From Poseidonia sp. (GTDB taxonomy: Archaea; Thermoplasmatota; Poseidoniia; Poseidoniales; Poseidoniaceae), in NCBI GenBank assembly GCA_965661285.1, contig CBFIDD010000001.1:64001-128000 (forward strand): a stretch of DNA of 64,000 nt, given 5' to 3'. The notes beneath the pieces were generated by a model. It did not search any database. It was given only the letters and a program-made list of their open reading frames with translations, and was not told the origin of the DNA. The position numbers were made by a program, and so were the translations under genes. This document shows, piece by piece, positions 1 through 9,282 of this stretch. Within the stretch, counting starts at the first letter, position 1; each line of letters begins with the position of its first letter.

Positions 1-343
1 CCCAGTTGTAAGGGGCGACATTGCCTGCACGGGCCGTATTCGTTTGTCCGAAGGAGGCCGACATGTAGGTGATGTAGACATACTCGTCGGGGTGGTTCTG
101 CTTGATGGCGTGGTGCGCATCAGAGCCACCGCCCGTCTTCGAGCAGTGACCGCAGTTATCCGAGGAGATGTACTGCCCAAAGACAACGTGTCCCGGGCTG
201 GTGGCTTGCGAGGGGTTGAGGACGACGGGATCTTCTTCGAGTTCAACGGCGGGTTGATACAATTCAGCCATCATTCCAGAAGCAAGACTGCCGAGGAAAA
301 CGGCAACAATGACCAAGGCGAGGCTACGCGAGGCGGTGTTCAT
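1..343 (-). CDS. Secreted thioredoxin-like (CxxC, Omp28-like) protein, N-terminal part; runs off the window edge
   Basis: Not in the ORF track. Read manually from ATG at 343: MNTASRSLALVIVAVFLGSLASG...GHVVFGQYISSDNCGHCSKTGGG... with no stop before position 1. It has a hydrophobic signal/anchor, a CGHC motif and an AT-rich TATA-like element ~25 nt upstream. Confidence 0.75.
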   Translation of the reverse strand, partial: MNTASRSLALVIVAVFLGSLASGMMAELYQPAVELEEDPVVLNPSQATSPGHVVFGQYISSDNCGHCSKTGGGSDAHHAIKQNHPDEYVYITYMSASFGQTNTARAGNVAPYNW

Positions 344-475
344 GTTATTATGTCGGCATGGTAGGTATATGAAATAACCCCCCCCGTGTCCAAACAAAAA
401 GTGGCGTGAACCAGCGCAGTCTGCGATTAATAGCCTTGAGGAGAACCTTAACATCAACCGCTCCATCCGGCGCCT

Positions 476-1261
476 GTGTCTTCTCCAGATTGGGCCGTGG
501 TCAGCGAAGAAAATGGGAAAACCTACGTTTTTGAATTCTCGGACAAACCGCTGAAAGTCAAGGGCCTGGGCGTGTTCAACCCGTACAATACCCTCAACGG
601 CCTCTCGGTGGGCGAGCAAACCACCATCGGTCAGAAAGAAGTTCGCCGTCTCCCGCCCCGCCTCCCAGAATTGAGCCGTGGCATGGTGCGTCGGGCGCAG
701 ACCATCGGCAGCAAGGATGCAGGCTTCTTCATCGCCCGATTGGGTCTCGGCCCGGGGGACGTTGTCCTTGAAGCCGGCATTGGAAGCGGCGGTCTGTCCA
801 TGTACATCCAACGGGTGCTTGGGAGCAGCGGCACACACGTGACCGTTGAGCCGCGCACGGAGCATGCTGAAGTGGCGCTTGAAAACCTCCGCAGAGCCGC
901 GGGATGCTGGGATGAAACACCCCGCCACCACCACATCGAAGGCACCGTGGAGGAGAGCGTTGCCAGCATCACCGACCTTACGGATGGGTTTCACGCCATC
1001 GTCCTTGATTTGCCCGAACATCCCTCCGCCATCAAGGCCACAGCCGACCTGCTTCTGCCAGGTGGCCGCCTCGCCTGTTACTGCCCCGTCAGTTCGCAAC
1101 TTGAACGAGCGTGGGAAACCTGTGAGGCAGAAGGCCTGACCGTGGAATGGGCGGGTGAGTTGATGGAACGTGAATGGGGACGTGCCTCGAAAGGCGGGAT
1201 GCGACCGGTCAACGGACCCTTCGGCCACACGGCGTTTTTACTCGTGGCTCAGCGAGCGTGA
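476..1261 (+). CDS. trmI: tRNA (adenine-N1)-methyltransferase, TrmI/GCD14 family
   Basis: RRAQTIGSKDAG, SAM-binding VLEAGIGSGGLS, LDLPEH, CYCP and C-terminal RP...GHTAFL motifs of m1A57/58 methyltransferases. Confidence 0.85.
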   Translation: MSSPDWAVVSEENGKTYVFEFSDKPLKVKGLGVFNPYNTLNGLSVGEQTTIGQKEVRRLPPRLPELSRGMVRRAQTIGSKDAGFFIARLGLGPGDVVLEAGIGSGGLSMYIQRVLGSSGTHVTVEPRTEHAEVALENLRRAAGCWDETPRHHHIEGTVEESVASITDLTDGFHAIVLDLPEHPSAIKATADLLLPGGRLACYCPVSSQLERAWETCEAEGLTVEWAGELMEREWGRASKGGMRPVNGPFGHTAFLLVAQRA

Positions 1262-4200
1262 TCACTCGACCACACGTATCTTGTTCTCACACTGCGGGCA
1301 AGAGAAACGGAACGGCGGTGTGCTTCCACGAGGAACGCCCAGGCGTGCGTCGCAGGAAGGGCAGTTCACCTTGGAGTCGCCGTCCATGCGGCATTCGTTG
1401 TAGCCAAGTTCCGGGACGTCTTTCTCTTCTTCCGCTTCTTCCTCCTCCACATCGTCGCCCCCCAGTTCTTCTTCCTTGGGCGAACGACGGCGGAGAAGTT
1501 GGATGGCCACGATGGCCACAAGCCACCCGGCGCCCATGAGGCCCAAGGTTGCGGGTTGACTCACACTGACACCCAAGGGCAAAGCAAGACCGTTGGGGGG
1601 TAGAGCAGGCCCCTCGATGGAGACAGGGAGCGGAATTGATTCATCGGTGGTCAACACGCCGCCGCCTGTGGATGTGGCCCGAACCGTCAGTTCCGTGGCG
1701 GCCGTTCGTGCTGTGTTGGAGACGACCGTGAGTTGGAAATCCACGCTGGAACCCGGCGTGAGCGCGTAATCGGTGGTCGCTTCTCCATCGCTCAGACGTT
1801 CCCAAACCAACACCACCAATCCGGTGTCCTGTCCGAAAGCATCGAGGGTTCCCGTGACGTCGGCGTTCCCGAGATTTTGAACCGTCAAGATGGTCGTGGT
1901 CGAACTGTCAACGCCAAGCGACAAACGACCGTCCACAAAGGAGACCGCCACCAGCGAATCGCCCGGCCAGTCTGCTTCTACCGTGTACAGCGTGCTGTAT
2001 TCAACGACCACATTGCTGCGCACCGTACTCACGGCGCGGAAGGTGAGCGCACGCTGTCCCGCATCGGCATCGTTAGGGACGACACACGACCAACCAAGCG
2101 GTTCTGAGGCGAGCCCAGCAGGAACGGTCACCGAAAGGTCGAGACCGCAATCAACGCCAACGGTTGAAATCGAGAAGGTGTCCTCCGTATTGCCGGTGTT
2201 GGTCAATCGCAGGGTTCCGTACACCGACCCGCTGGGGGCGGCGGTGCTGACATCCGTGAGCACCGACAGGTTGGCCGAGGCCGAAACGGGCTGAATCGTC
2301 ATGGCGACTTCATCGTGCACCGCTGCGTTGGTGGTCGACACAACGCGGAGCGTGTAGACCACGCCGATGTCGGGTGCACCGCTGCTGACCTCACGCACGT
2401 CGACAGAAATCGATTGCGTCGAACCGGAACTGAGTTGGAAGGTGGTCGGGGAAATGGTGAATTCAAACCAGTCTCCCTGGCTTTCCGTCGTCCATTCCAC
2501 GAGGTACACATCGCCGTTCGTCCCAAGGTTGGTGGCTTCAACCACCGAAGAGGAAACCGAAGCGGGGCCAGCCAGAAGACGTTGTTGTACGGTGTTGACG
2601 ACGATTTCTTCCCGCTCAACGACCACGACTTCAAATTCATAGGCGACGCTCATCGAGCCTGATGTGTAGGTGAGGACGGCAGAAGAGGAACCCGGTGTTG
2701 CGCTGTTGGATGCGCTCAGCGTCAAGACGACGGCCTGTTGTTCGTTGCGATCCAGGCCAAACGCTTCGATGTCAAAGTCGACATCCACCGCAGATGGAAG
2801 ACCCGAAAGGGCCGGGGTGAGCGAGAGGTTTGACGTGCCGGTGTTCTCGAGCACAACGGTGTGGGTGGCGGTCGCACCCGGGGTCACCAACACTCTGGTG
2901 TCGCTGGGAGGTAGGATGTTCAGCCCGTCAACCTCGAGGAGATGAATGTCCACATCGAGTTGGGAGGTTTGTCCGCTGTAGGCGGTGGAGAACGTTTGTT
3001 GCAGCATCCCTGAAAGCGATGCATCACCCTTGGTGTTCACCGTCCAGGTGCCGGCCCCGCCGGCAGCAACCGTGATGCCCGAGGCAGAAACAAGCACCGT
3101 TGTTAGGCCCGCTGATTCGACGATATCAAGGAAGAAGGTGGCTTCGTCGCTGCCGTGGTTGTTGAGGCGAATTTCGTAATTCGCACCCGTGTTGGGAACG
3201 ATGTCAACGGTGGCCATCGGCCCTGCAAGTGCGAAGCTGACGTTTTCGTCAATCTCGACGTTGAAAGTCAATTCATCAAGAACCATTGAGGCGTCTTCGA
3301 CGTCGTAATGGGCGGTCAACACCATGGGACAGGTGGCTGAACCGTCGGCGTTCTCCGAGACATCAACCATGATCTCAACTTCACCCACCGCGCCCGGTTG
3401 AAGGTCGAGCAGTTGTGGCGTGACGAGCGAGGACGTGCAGGGTGTGGAGGCGACCGTCGAAGGCATGTCGAGGGTCCAATCAAGGTCAAGGGGAGCATTT
3501 CCTGTGTTGGTGACCTGAACCGCTGTTGTGGTGCTTGCACCCGGGAGGAAAACATCGTCTTGGCGGAGGAAGGCCGTGGAAAGCGAGGGTTCCGCCTCAA
3601 CCCCGACCACGATGATGGTGGAAGAGGTGATGTTTCCGTTGGTCGAACCGATGGTGAGACGGAAACCGTAGAAATCTGGTGCGGCATCGGAAGGAACGGT
3701 GATCGAAAGGGTGGCCGGCTCGCCGTCTCCCGCCGGAATGTTGGCCAGTTCGTCATCCTGCCACTGGATGTACCATCCTTGTGGAATGGAGGAACCAAGA
3801 CCAAACGCTGCCGTGCCCGAAACTTCCCACGGGTAGTAGGACATACCGGCTGTCTGGTTGAACACCGTGTCATCAGCGGCTTGCTGCAGGGCGAGTTTCA
3901 CGTTGGCGTTCAGGTTCACCGTATCGTTTGAACCCACGCAGGTTTCTCCGGTGGTGCTGGAATGGAAGACACAAGCTGCGAGGTAGGACCCTGAAAGGGA
4001 GGGGTGGCTGCCGTCTGCAGCGTAGAGGTCGTAAAACAGATTGCCCGAGGCGGTGGGGTCGTCGCCATCAGCAACCACGTCATCGTGGACCGTTTTGTAG
4101 GCCAATCCCACGGGAGCAATCCATACGCTGTTGCCCGCGTTGGAGATGTTCTCGGCGTAGCGTGTGTAGCCCTCGGTCAGTCGAGCCTGCATGGACGTGA

Positions 4201-5269
4201 AGTTGTTGTTGAAACTGTTGAGGCTGTCGCCGTCGCGGTACCCCCATGTCATGAACAGCACGGTTTCAGCACCTTCGTCTTCGATGGCGTTGCTGATGTT
4301 AACCGATGCGTTCTTGCTTTGCTGCCACATCAATTCTGTGGTCGGGAACGAGGGGACCTGGCTTTGGTCTTGAAGGATGACGTAATCCCAGTTTGAGCCT
4401 CGCAGCGTGGTGTTCCATTGATGTCCGGAAGTGTTCACGTTTTGCCAGTGTGCAGGGAGCTTCATCCCCCCGGCGGTAACCGATTGGACGGTGGCGTTGT
4501 AGCCGTCTGCGTCCATGATGCCTTCAACCACGGACGCCAAATTGTTGGCGTTGGTGTAACTGTTCCCCATCATCATCACCGAAACCGAAGCAGTGGTGGT
4601 GTTGGTCGTGCCGTTGGTGCCGTTGGAGTTCCCTTCGTCGTCATCGCTTGAGTTTCCGGAGGAATTCTCAGAGGAACTGTTGGTGTGGTTCGCCCACCAT
4701 GCGGCCAGGTCGGGTTGAACTTCGACATCGAGAAGGAAGGTGTCGGTGACCGAACCCAAATTTTGTGCGTTGAAACTCACGTTGGTGCTTTCACCGGCCG
4801 CCAAGGACAGCAGTGGAGAGCCCGAAACGCTCAACGAGGGATGGTAAGCGGGAGCGACCGAGACAAGTACGGTGAGAAACGTTGAGACACCTGCGTCCGG
4901 CTCCGTGACGTTGACAACAAAGGAACCGCTGTCCGCCACCGTCGCACCCTCTGTCAGACGAACGACGAGCGTGGTGTTCTTTGACCACGTCGGGAACACA
5001 TTGGACACCGTGGTTTCAACCGGTTGAACACTCCACGGTGATGCGAGGCCTGCCAAATCAACACTCACGTTATAGGATTCGATGGCTGAGGCGTTGTTTT
5101 CAATGGTGAGCGTGATGTTGGTGGTCTGTCCCGGTTCAAGGACGACGTGTTGCATGTCAACCGTCAGCAGGATGGAGTCGTCCGCCGCGACTGGCATCAC
5201 GAGGGGCGTGAGGCTCATGGCCATCAAGACGAGAACACAGAACACAGCACGGCCTGCACGGCTGGACAT
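1262..5269 (-). CDS. Large membrane-anchored surface protein: NEW3/CARDB-like Ig repeats with an inserted SGNH hydrolase domain, a C-terminal TM helix and a cytoplasmic Zn ribbon
   Basis: Signal peptide; repeated N-x-G-N/T-x-x-D motifs; GNSYT...QDQS...DGSHPS SGNH motifs; TM LGLMGAGWLVAIVAIQLL followed by RRR; acidic linker; CPSC...CPQC at the end. Confidence 0.8.
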   Translation of the reverse strand: MSSRAGRAVFCVLVLMAMSLTPLVMPVAADDSILLTVDMQHVVLEPGQTTNITLTIENNASAIESYNVSVDLAGLASPWSVQPVETTVSNVFPTWSKNTTLVVRLTEGATVADSGSFVVNVTEPDAGVSTFLTVLVSVAPAYHPSLSVSGSPLLSLAAGESTNVSFNAQNLGSVTDTFLLDVEVQPDLAAWWANHTNSSSENSSGNSSDDDEGNSNGTNGTTNTTTASVSVMMMGNSYTNANNLASVVEGIMDADGYNATVQSVTAGGMKLPAHWQNVNTSGHQWNTTLRGSNWDYVILQDQSQVPSFPTTELMWQQSKNASVNISNAIEDEGAETVLFMTWGYRDGDSLNSFNNNFTSMQARLTEGYTRYAENISNAGNSVWIAPVGLAYKTVHDDVVADGDDPTASGNLFYDLYAADGSHPSLSGSYLAACVFHSSTTGETCVGSNDTVNLNANVKLALQQAADDTVFNQTAGMSYYPWEVSGTAAFGLGSSIPQGWYIQWQDDELANIPAGDGEPATLSITVPSDAAPDFYGFRLTIGSTNGNITSSTIIVVGVEAEPSLSTAFLRQDDVFLPGASTTTAVQVTNTGNAPLDLDWTLDMPSTVASTPCTSSLVTPQLLDLQPGAVGEVEIMVDVSENADGSATCPMVLTAHYDVEDASMVLDELTFNVEIDENVSFALAGPMATVDIVPNTGANYEIRLNNHGSDEATFFLDIVESAGLTTVLVSASGITVAAGGAGTWTVNTKGDASLSGMLQQTFSTAYSGQTSQLDVDIHLLEVDGLNILPPSDTRVLVTPGATATHTVVLENTGTSNLSLTPALSGLPSAVDVDFDIEAFGLDRNEQQAVVLTLSASNSATPGSSSAVLTYTSGSMSVAYEFEVVVVEREEIVVNTVQQRLLAGPASVSSSVVEATNLGTNGDVYLVEWTTESQGDWFEFTISPTTFQLSSGSTQSISVDVREVSSGAPDIGVVYTLRVVSTTNAAVHDEVAMTIQPVSASANLSVLTDVSTAAPSGSVYGTLRLTNTGNTEDTFSISTVGVDCGLDLSVTVPAGLASEPLGWSCVVPNDADAGQRALTFRAVSTVRSNVVVEYSTLYTVEADWPGDSLVAVSFVDGRLSLGVDSSTTTILTVQNLGNADVTGTLDAFGQDTGLVVLVWERLSDGEATTDYALTPGSSVDFQLTVVSNTARTAATELTVRATSTGGGVLTTDESIPLPVSIEGPALPPNGLALPLGVSVSQPATLGLMGAGWLVAIVAIQLLRRRSPKEEELGGDDVEEEEAEEEKDVPELGYNECRMDGDSKVNCPSCDARLGVPRGSTPPFRFSCPQCENKIRVVE

Positions 5270-5391
5270 GCACCAACCAAAGCGGCACTGTTCAAGAGAC
5301 TTCGGGCCACCAGCACCCGCTTCGCTTGTGCTTTGAATGGACCAGCCACGCCCGGCGAATGGTTCATGTTCTGTGCCTCAACCCCCGTGGC

Positions 5392-6798
5392 ATGACCACA
5401 TGGGTTCCAACCGCCTACCGCACGCACACGCTGGGTGAATTGCAGACACACGGAGCAGACCTTATCGACGCCGAAGTCACCGTGATTGGCTTTATGGAGG
5501 CCAACCGAGGAAAGGGGGCCATTTGTTTTGTTGACCTTCGGGACGGTACGGGAAAAACCCAGGTGTTCCTCAAGGCGGACAATGTTGGCGAAGAGGCCCT
5601 TGACACCGTTCAGCGGATGACACGAGAGTCCACCCTCCAATTCACCGGAACCGTCGCCCTCAAGCGGCCGCCCAAGGTGAAGGAAGGGGAACCAACGCCC
5701 CCTCCCGCTTACGAAGTGTTGGCGACGTCCGTCCACGTCATCGCTCGAGCCGAAGCCCCGCTCCCGTTGGGCGTCACCGACACCGTCAAGGTCGAACTTG
5801 ATACGCGGCTCGACAACCGATTCCTCGACTTGCGTCGAGCCCACGTGAACGCCATGTTCCGATTGCGTGGAAAGGTTCTGCAGTACGGACGTGAGCACCT
5901 CATCACCGAGGGCTTTGTTGAAACACACACGCCAAAAATCGTCGCCACCGCCACCGAAGGAGGAGCGGATTTGTTCCCCATGCAATACTTCGACCGCCCC
6001 GCCTTCCTGAACCAGTCCCCGCAGTTGTTCAAGCAACTCTGCATGAGCGGAGGCTTGGAGCGGGTCTTTGAAATTGGACCTGCGTTCCGAGCGGAGAAGA
6101 GCGACACCTACCGCCACTTGGCTGAGTTCATCTCGTTTGATATTGAGTGTTCGTGGGCCAACGACGACGACGTGATGGGTGTGCTCGAGCGTATGCTCCA
6201 CCACATCTGGAAATCCGTGGCAGAGGACGAAGAGTCGCAGCGCCTCATCGCCACCATCAACGCCTTCCGAGCAGAACAGGGCGAAGAACTGGTCGAGATC
6301 ATCGTCCCCGAATTGCCCTTCCCTCGGGTGGAGTACGACGACGCCATTCGCATCATCAAAGAAAAAGGCGGAAGCATCGAATGGGGCGATGACATCGACG
6401 CTGAAAATTCCGACCTCCTGGCCCAAGATCTGCCCCAATTCTACTTCCTGCCGCGTTGGCCCATGTCCCTCAAGCCGTTTTACATCCACCAAATCGAAGG
6501 TGAAATTGGGAGCACGGGCGAGCAACTCTCTCGAGGCTTTGACCTCAATTTCGGCAGGGACGAGATGACCTCGGGCGGCCAGCGAGAGCACCGCATCGAT
6601 GTGTTGGTTGAGAACCTCCGCAACATGGATTTGGACCCTGAGGAATTCGAGTTCTACGTGGCTGGATTCCGCCACGGTGTACCGCCTCACGCCGGGTGGG
6701 GCCTCGGTGTTGAACGTATTCTGATGAAACTCACCGGAGCCAAGAACGTTCGAGAAACGGTACTCTTCCCACGAGACCTACGCCGCTATTGCCCCTGA
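5392..6798 (+). CDS. aspS: Aspartate--tRNA ligase, archaeal type
   Basis: YRTH N-terminus, RLDNRFLDLR, LNQSPQLFKQ, motif 2 FRAE...RHLAEF, motif 3 PPHAGWGLGVER, LFPRD. Start placed at ATG 5392; the track extends the ORF to 5326. Confidence 0.93.
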   Translation: MTTWVPTAYRTHTLGELQTHGADLIDAEVTVIGFMEANRGKGAICFVDLRDGTGKTQVFLKADNVGEEALDTVQRMTRESTLQFTGTVALKRPPKVKEGEPTPPPAYEVLATSVHVIARAEAPLPLGVTDTVKVELDTRLDNRFLDLRRAHVNAMFRLRGKVLQYGREHLITEGFVETHTPKIVATATEGGADLFPMQYFDRPAFLNQSPQLFKQLCMSGGLERVFEIGPAFRAEKSDTYRHLAEFISFDIECSWANDDDVMGVLERMLHHIWKSVAEDEESQRLIATINAFRAEQGEELVEIIVPELPFPRVEYDDAIRIIKEKGGSIEWGDDIDAENSDLLAQDLPQFYFLPRWPMSLKPFYIHQIEGEIGSTGEQLSRGFDLNFGRDEMTSGGQREHRIDVLVENLRNMDLDPEEFEFYVAGFRHGVPPHAGWGLGVERILMKLTGAKNVRETVLFPRDLRRYCP

Positions 6799-6816
6799 GG
6801 GTCAACGGGACCTGAA

Positions 6817-7503
6817 TCATCCGAACAGGAGGATGTACCCGACGGCAAAGACCACCACATCGCACATGGCATGGGTGATGTAGGGAATCCAGATGCTTCG
6901 GTAGCGAACGTAGAGCCAACTGAACGCCGCTCCCCCAACGAACAGACCGAGGCAGGCCAAGAGGTTGGCTGTCAGGGAAAATCCGAGGAACCACAGGGCG
7001 AAAAAATGGTGCACCACGAAAACAAAAGCCGATGCGAAAATGGTCGGCCAGCCAGGGCCAAAAACAACCTCGCCTTTCTCAACGAGGAACCATCGAAACA
7101 CGTATTCCTCCAACACCGAATTTCCAACGGTCCAAAACACCGCCGCCGCAAGGTAGGTGCTGGGGTTGGTCAATCCGAAGGGTTCAAGGGTCAAGCGAAA
7201 CGTTTCGAGGTCCACACGAGACGCACCAATGAGGAACCATGCGAGCACCATGATGACGCAAAAAACAACCCCCATGGCCGTTGCCGCGACGATACCGCCG
7301 TTGTTGACCGGCGACCACGACCATGGTTTTCGGTCGACCTTGAGATGCCACCACAGCGGCAGGCCAAGCATCCAAGCCTTTGACAAAAACCATGCGAGTT
7401 GTCCCAGCAGACCTTCCCCCGTACCGAAGGACGTCAAAATGGAGGCGGTGGGGGCCAAGCCAACCAAAACGAGGGCCAGCCATGCCAGTCGTTTTTCCGA
7501 CAC
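6817..7503 (-). CDS. CPBP (CAAX protease/Abi) family intramembrane metalloprotease
   Basis: EEYVFR, FVVHH and HAMCD motifs, with multiple TM helices. Start taken at GTG 7503 after a GAGGTG SD; the longer track ORF overlaps the divergent gene. Confidence 0.8.
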   Translation of the reverse strand: MSEKRLAWLALVLVGLAPTASILTSFGTGEGLLGQLAWFLSKAWMLGLPLWWHLKVDRKPWSWSPVNNGGIVAATAMGVVFCVIMVLAWFLIGASRVDLETFRLTLEPFGLTNPSTYLAAAVFWTVGNSVLEEYVFRWFLVEKGEVVFGPGWPTIFASAFVFVVHHFFALWFLGFSLTANLLACLGLFVGGAAFSWLYVRYRSIWIPYITHAMCDVVVFAVGYILLFG

Positions 7504-7629
7504 GCCATGCACCTCATTCGATGAGCCGACATCATTGATGTTGGCCTTTCCGTGCTCCCCTCCTTGGTTTGTAAGCCCTTTCCCATCGTGCAGCACAAGC
7601 ATCATAGCCCAACCTCTCGTGTTTGTGGC

Positions 7630-8376
7630 ATGGCCGTTGACCGGGTGCAATGGGGGGCAGAGGCCTGGCAGTTTGCGGACCTCTACATGCCCGACGATCC
7701 CTCCCCGTTCCAGAAAGACGAGGGGATTCCCTGCGTCATGCTCATCCACGGTGGATTTTGGAAAGCGAAGTACACGCTCGACCTCATGCAGCCCATCGCT
7801 GAAGACCTGGCGGAAGCCGGTGTGGCTGCATGGAACGTTGAATTCAAGCGATGGTCACCCGATGAGGAGGGGGTGTGGATGGACACCCTCTCGGATGTGC
7901 TACGAGCGTGGGGCCACCTCGGCTTGCTGCGCGGCATCGACATCGCCCGCTCCATGGTGATGGGCCATTCGGCAGGCGGGCAACTCGCGCTCTTGATGAG
8001 CGCCAAGGCGGAACGAAAACCATGGCTGGCCGTGGCCCAAGCGCCCCTCACCGATTTGGTGGGTGCTGACCACGCATCGCTTTCCGACGAAGGTGATGCT
8101 GTTCGACGGTGGATTGGCTGCGCACCGGAAAGCAATCCAACCTTGTGGAGTCAACTCAACCCCGTTGACCATCCGCCGAAAACCAGCGTGTTGCTGTTTC
8201 ATGGCGAGGAGGACGTCGACGTTCCTCTTGAGCAATCCGAAACCTACGCCCGAGTGATGAAGGCCAAGGGCGCCGATGTCCAGAAGGTATGGCTTCCCGG
8301 CAATCACTACGACATCATTGACGTGGCTTCCGACGATTGGCTGGTTCAACTCAACACCGTCCTCGACTGGTTGTAA
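7630..8376 (+). CDS. Alpha/beta hydrolase, HSL/BD-FAE/arylformamidase-like
   Basis: HGGFW oxyanion motif, GHSAGG nucleophile elbow, HGEEDVDVP acid, GNHY histidine. Confidence 0.85.
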   Translation: MAVDRVQWGAEAWQFADLYMPDDPSPFQKDEGIPCVMLIHGGFWKAKYTLDLMQPIAEDLAEAGVAAWNVEFKRWSPDEEGVWMDTLSDVLRAWGHLGLLRGIDIARSMVMGHSAGGQLALLMSAKAERKPWLAVAQAPLTDLVGADHASLSDEGDAVRRWIGCAPESNPTLWSQLNPVDHPPKTSVLLFHGEEDVDVPLEQSETYARVMKAKGADVQKVWLPGNHYDIIDVASDDWLVQLNTVLDWL

Positions 8377-8457
8377 AACCAACAACCGCATCCGACGATG
8401 ACCTCCTGCTTTTGGCCGCATCCCAAGGCCTATGACCTATGGGGAATTCCACCGCTC

Positions 8458-9273
8458 ATGGACCTCCTCGGCAGCGACTACCCGTTTCTCCCAACCGCCC
8501 TCGAGGGCAAGCACGCCTTTGTTTGCGGTGCGAGCAAAGGCATCGGTGAAGCCACTGCGAAAATGATGGCCAAAGCCGGTGCCCATGTGACGGTGTGTGC
8601 GCGAAACGGTGCTGCGTTGACCGCCCTGTGCGAGGAACTTGATCGCCTCGGTTCAGGCCGACACCAGGCGCTGATGCTCGATTTGGAAGAAACGGACAGC
8701 ATCGCATCGGCCTTTGACTCCGCTGTGGAGACGCTCGGCCCGGTTCACATCCTCATCAACAACGCCGGCGGCCCACCTGGAGGACCCCTGCTGAACAACG
8801 AAGTGGGCGACTTTGAAGCCCCGTTCCGCCGCCACCTTCACGCCGCTCACACCTTGGTCAAAGCCGCTGCCCCCGGGATGGAAGCAGCCGGCTACGGCCG
8901 CATCATCCAAATCATCTCAACATCGGTGAAAGAACCCATTCCAAACATTGGCCTGTCCAATACACTCCGAGGCGCCATGGCGTCGTGGGCCAAATCCATG
9001 TCCAACGAACTGGCGCCCTGCATCACCATCAACAACGTGCTGCCTGGATTCACCGACACCGACCGACTGGGCAACCTTTCCGCATCCATTCAGGAACGGA
9101 CAGGTAAATCTGCCGCCGATGTTCGAGCAGGCTGGTTGAACCAAGTGCCCATCGGCCGCCTCATCGACCCGCTTGAGACCGCCAGTGCCATCACATACCT
9201 CAGCCTGCCAGCCTCCGGTGGTATTCGAGGCGTGAGCTTGGCGGTTGATGGCGGACGACTTCGCTCCATCTGA
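8458..9273 (+). CDS. Short-chain dehydrogenase/reductase (GGPP subtype)
   Basis: CGASKGIG Rossmann motif, NNAGGPPGG, STSVKEPI..LSNTLR (no canonical YxxxK), NNVLPG, VDGG. Confidence 0.88.
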   Translation: MDLLGSDYPFLPTALEGKHAFVCGASKGIGEATAKMMAKAGAHVTVCARNGAALTALCEELDRLGSGRHQALMLDLEETDSIASAFDSAVETLGPVHILINNAGGPPGGPLLNNEVGDFEAPFRRHLHAAHTLVKAAAPGMEAAGYGRIIQIISTSVKEPIPNIGLSNTLRGAMASWAKSMSNELAPCITINNVLPGFTDTDRLGNLSASIQERTGKSAADVRAGWLNQVPIGRLIDPLETASAITYLSLPASGGIRGVSLAVDGGRLRSI

Positions 9274-9282
9274 GGTGAAATC

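Noticed and set aside
44-364. 106-aa plus-strand ORF from the track
   Set aside because: It is antisense to the more convincing CGHC-containing minus-strand gene.
5224-6690. 488-aa minus-strand ORF
   Set aside because: Antisense shadow of aspS.
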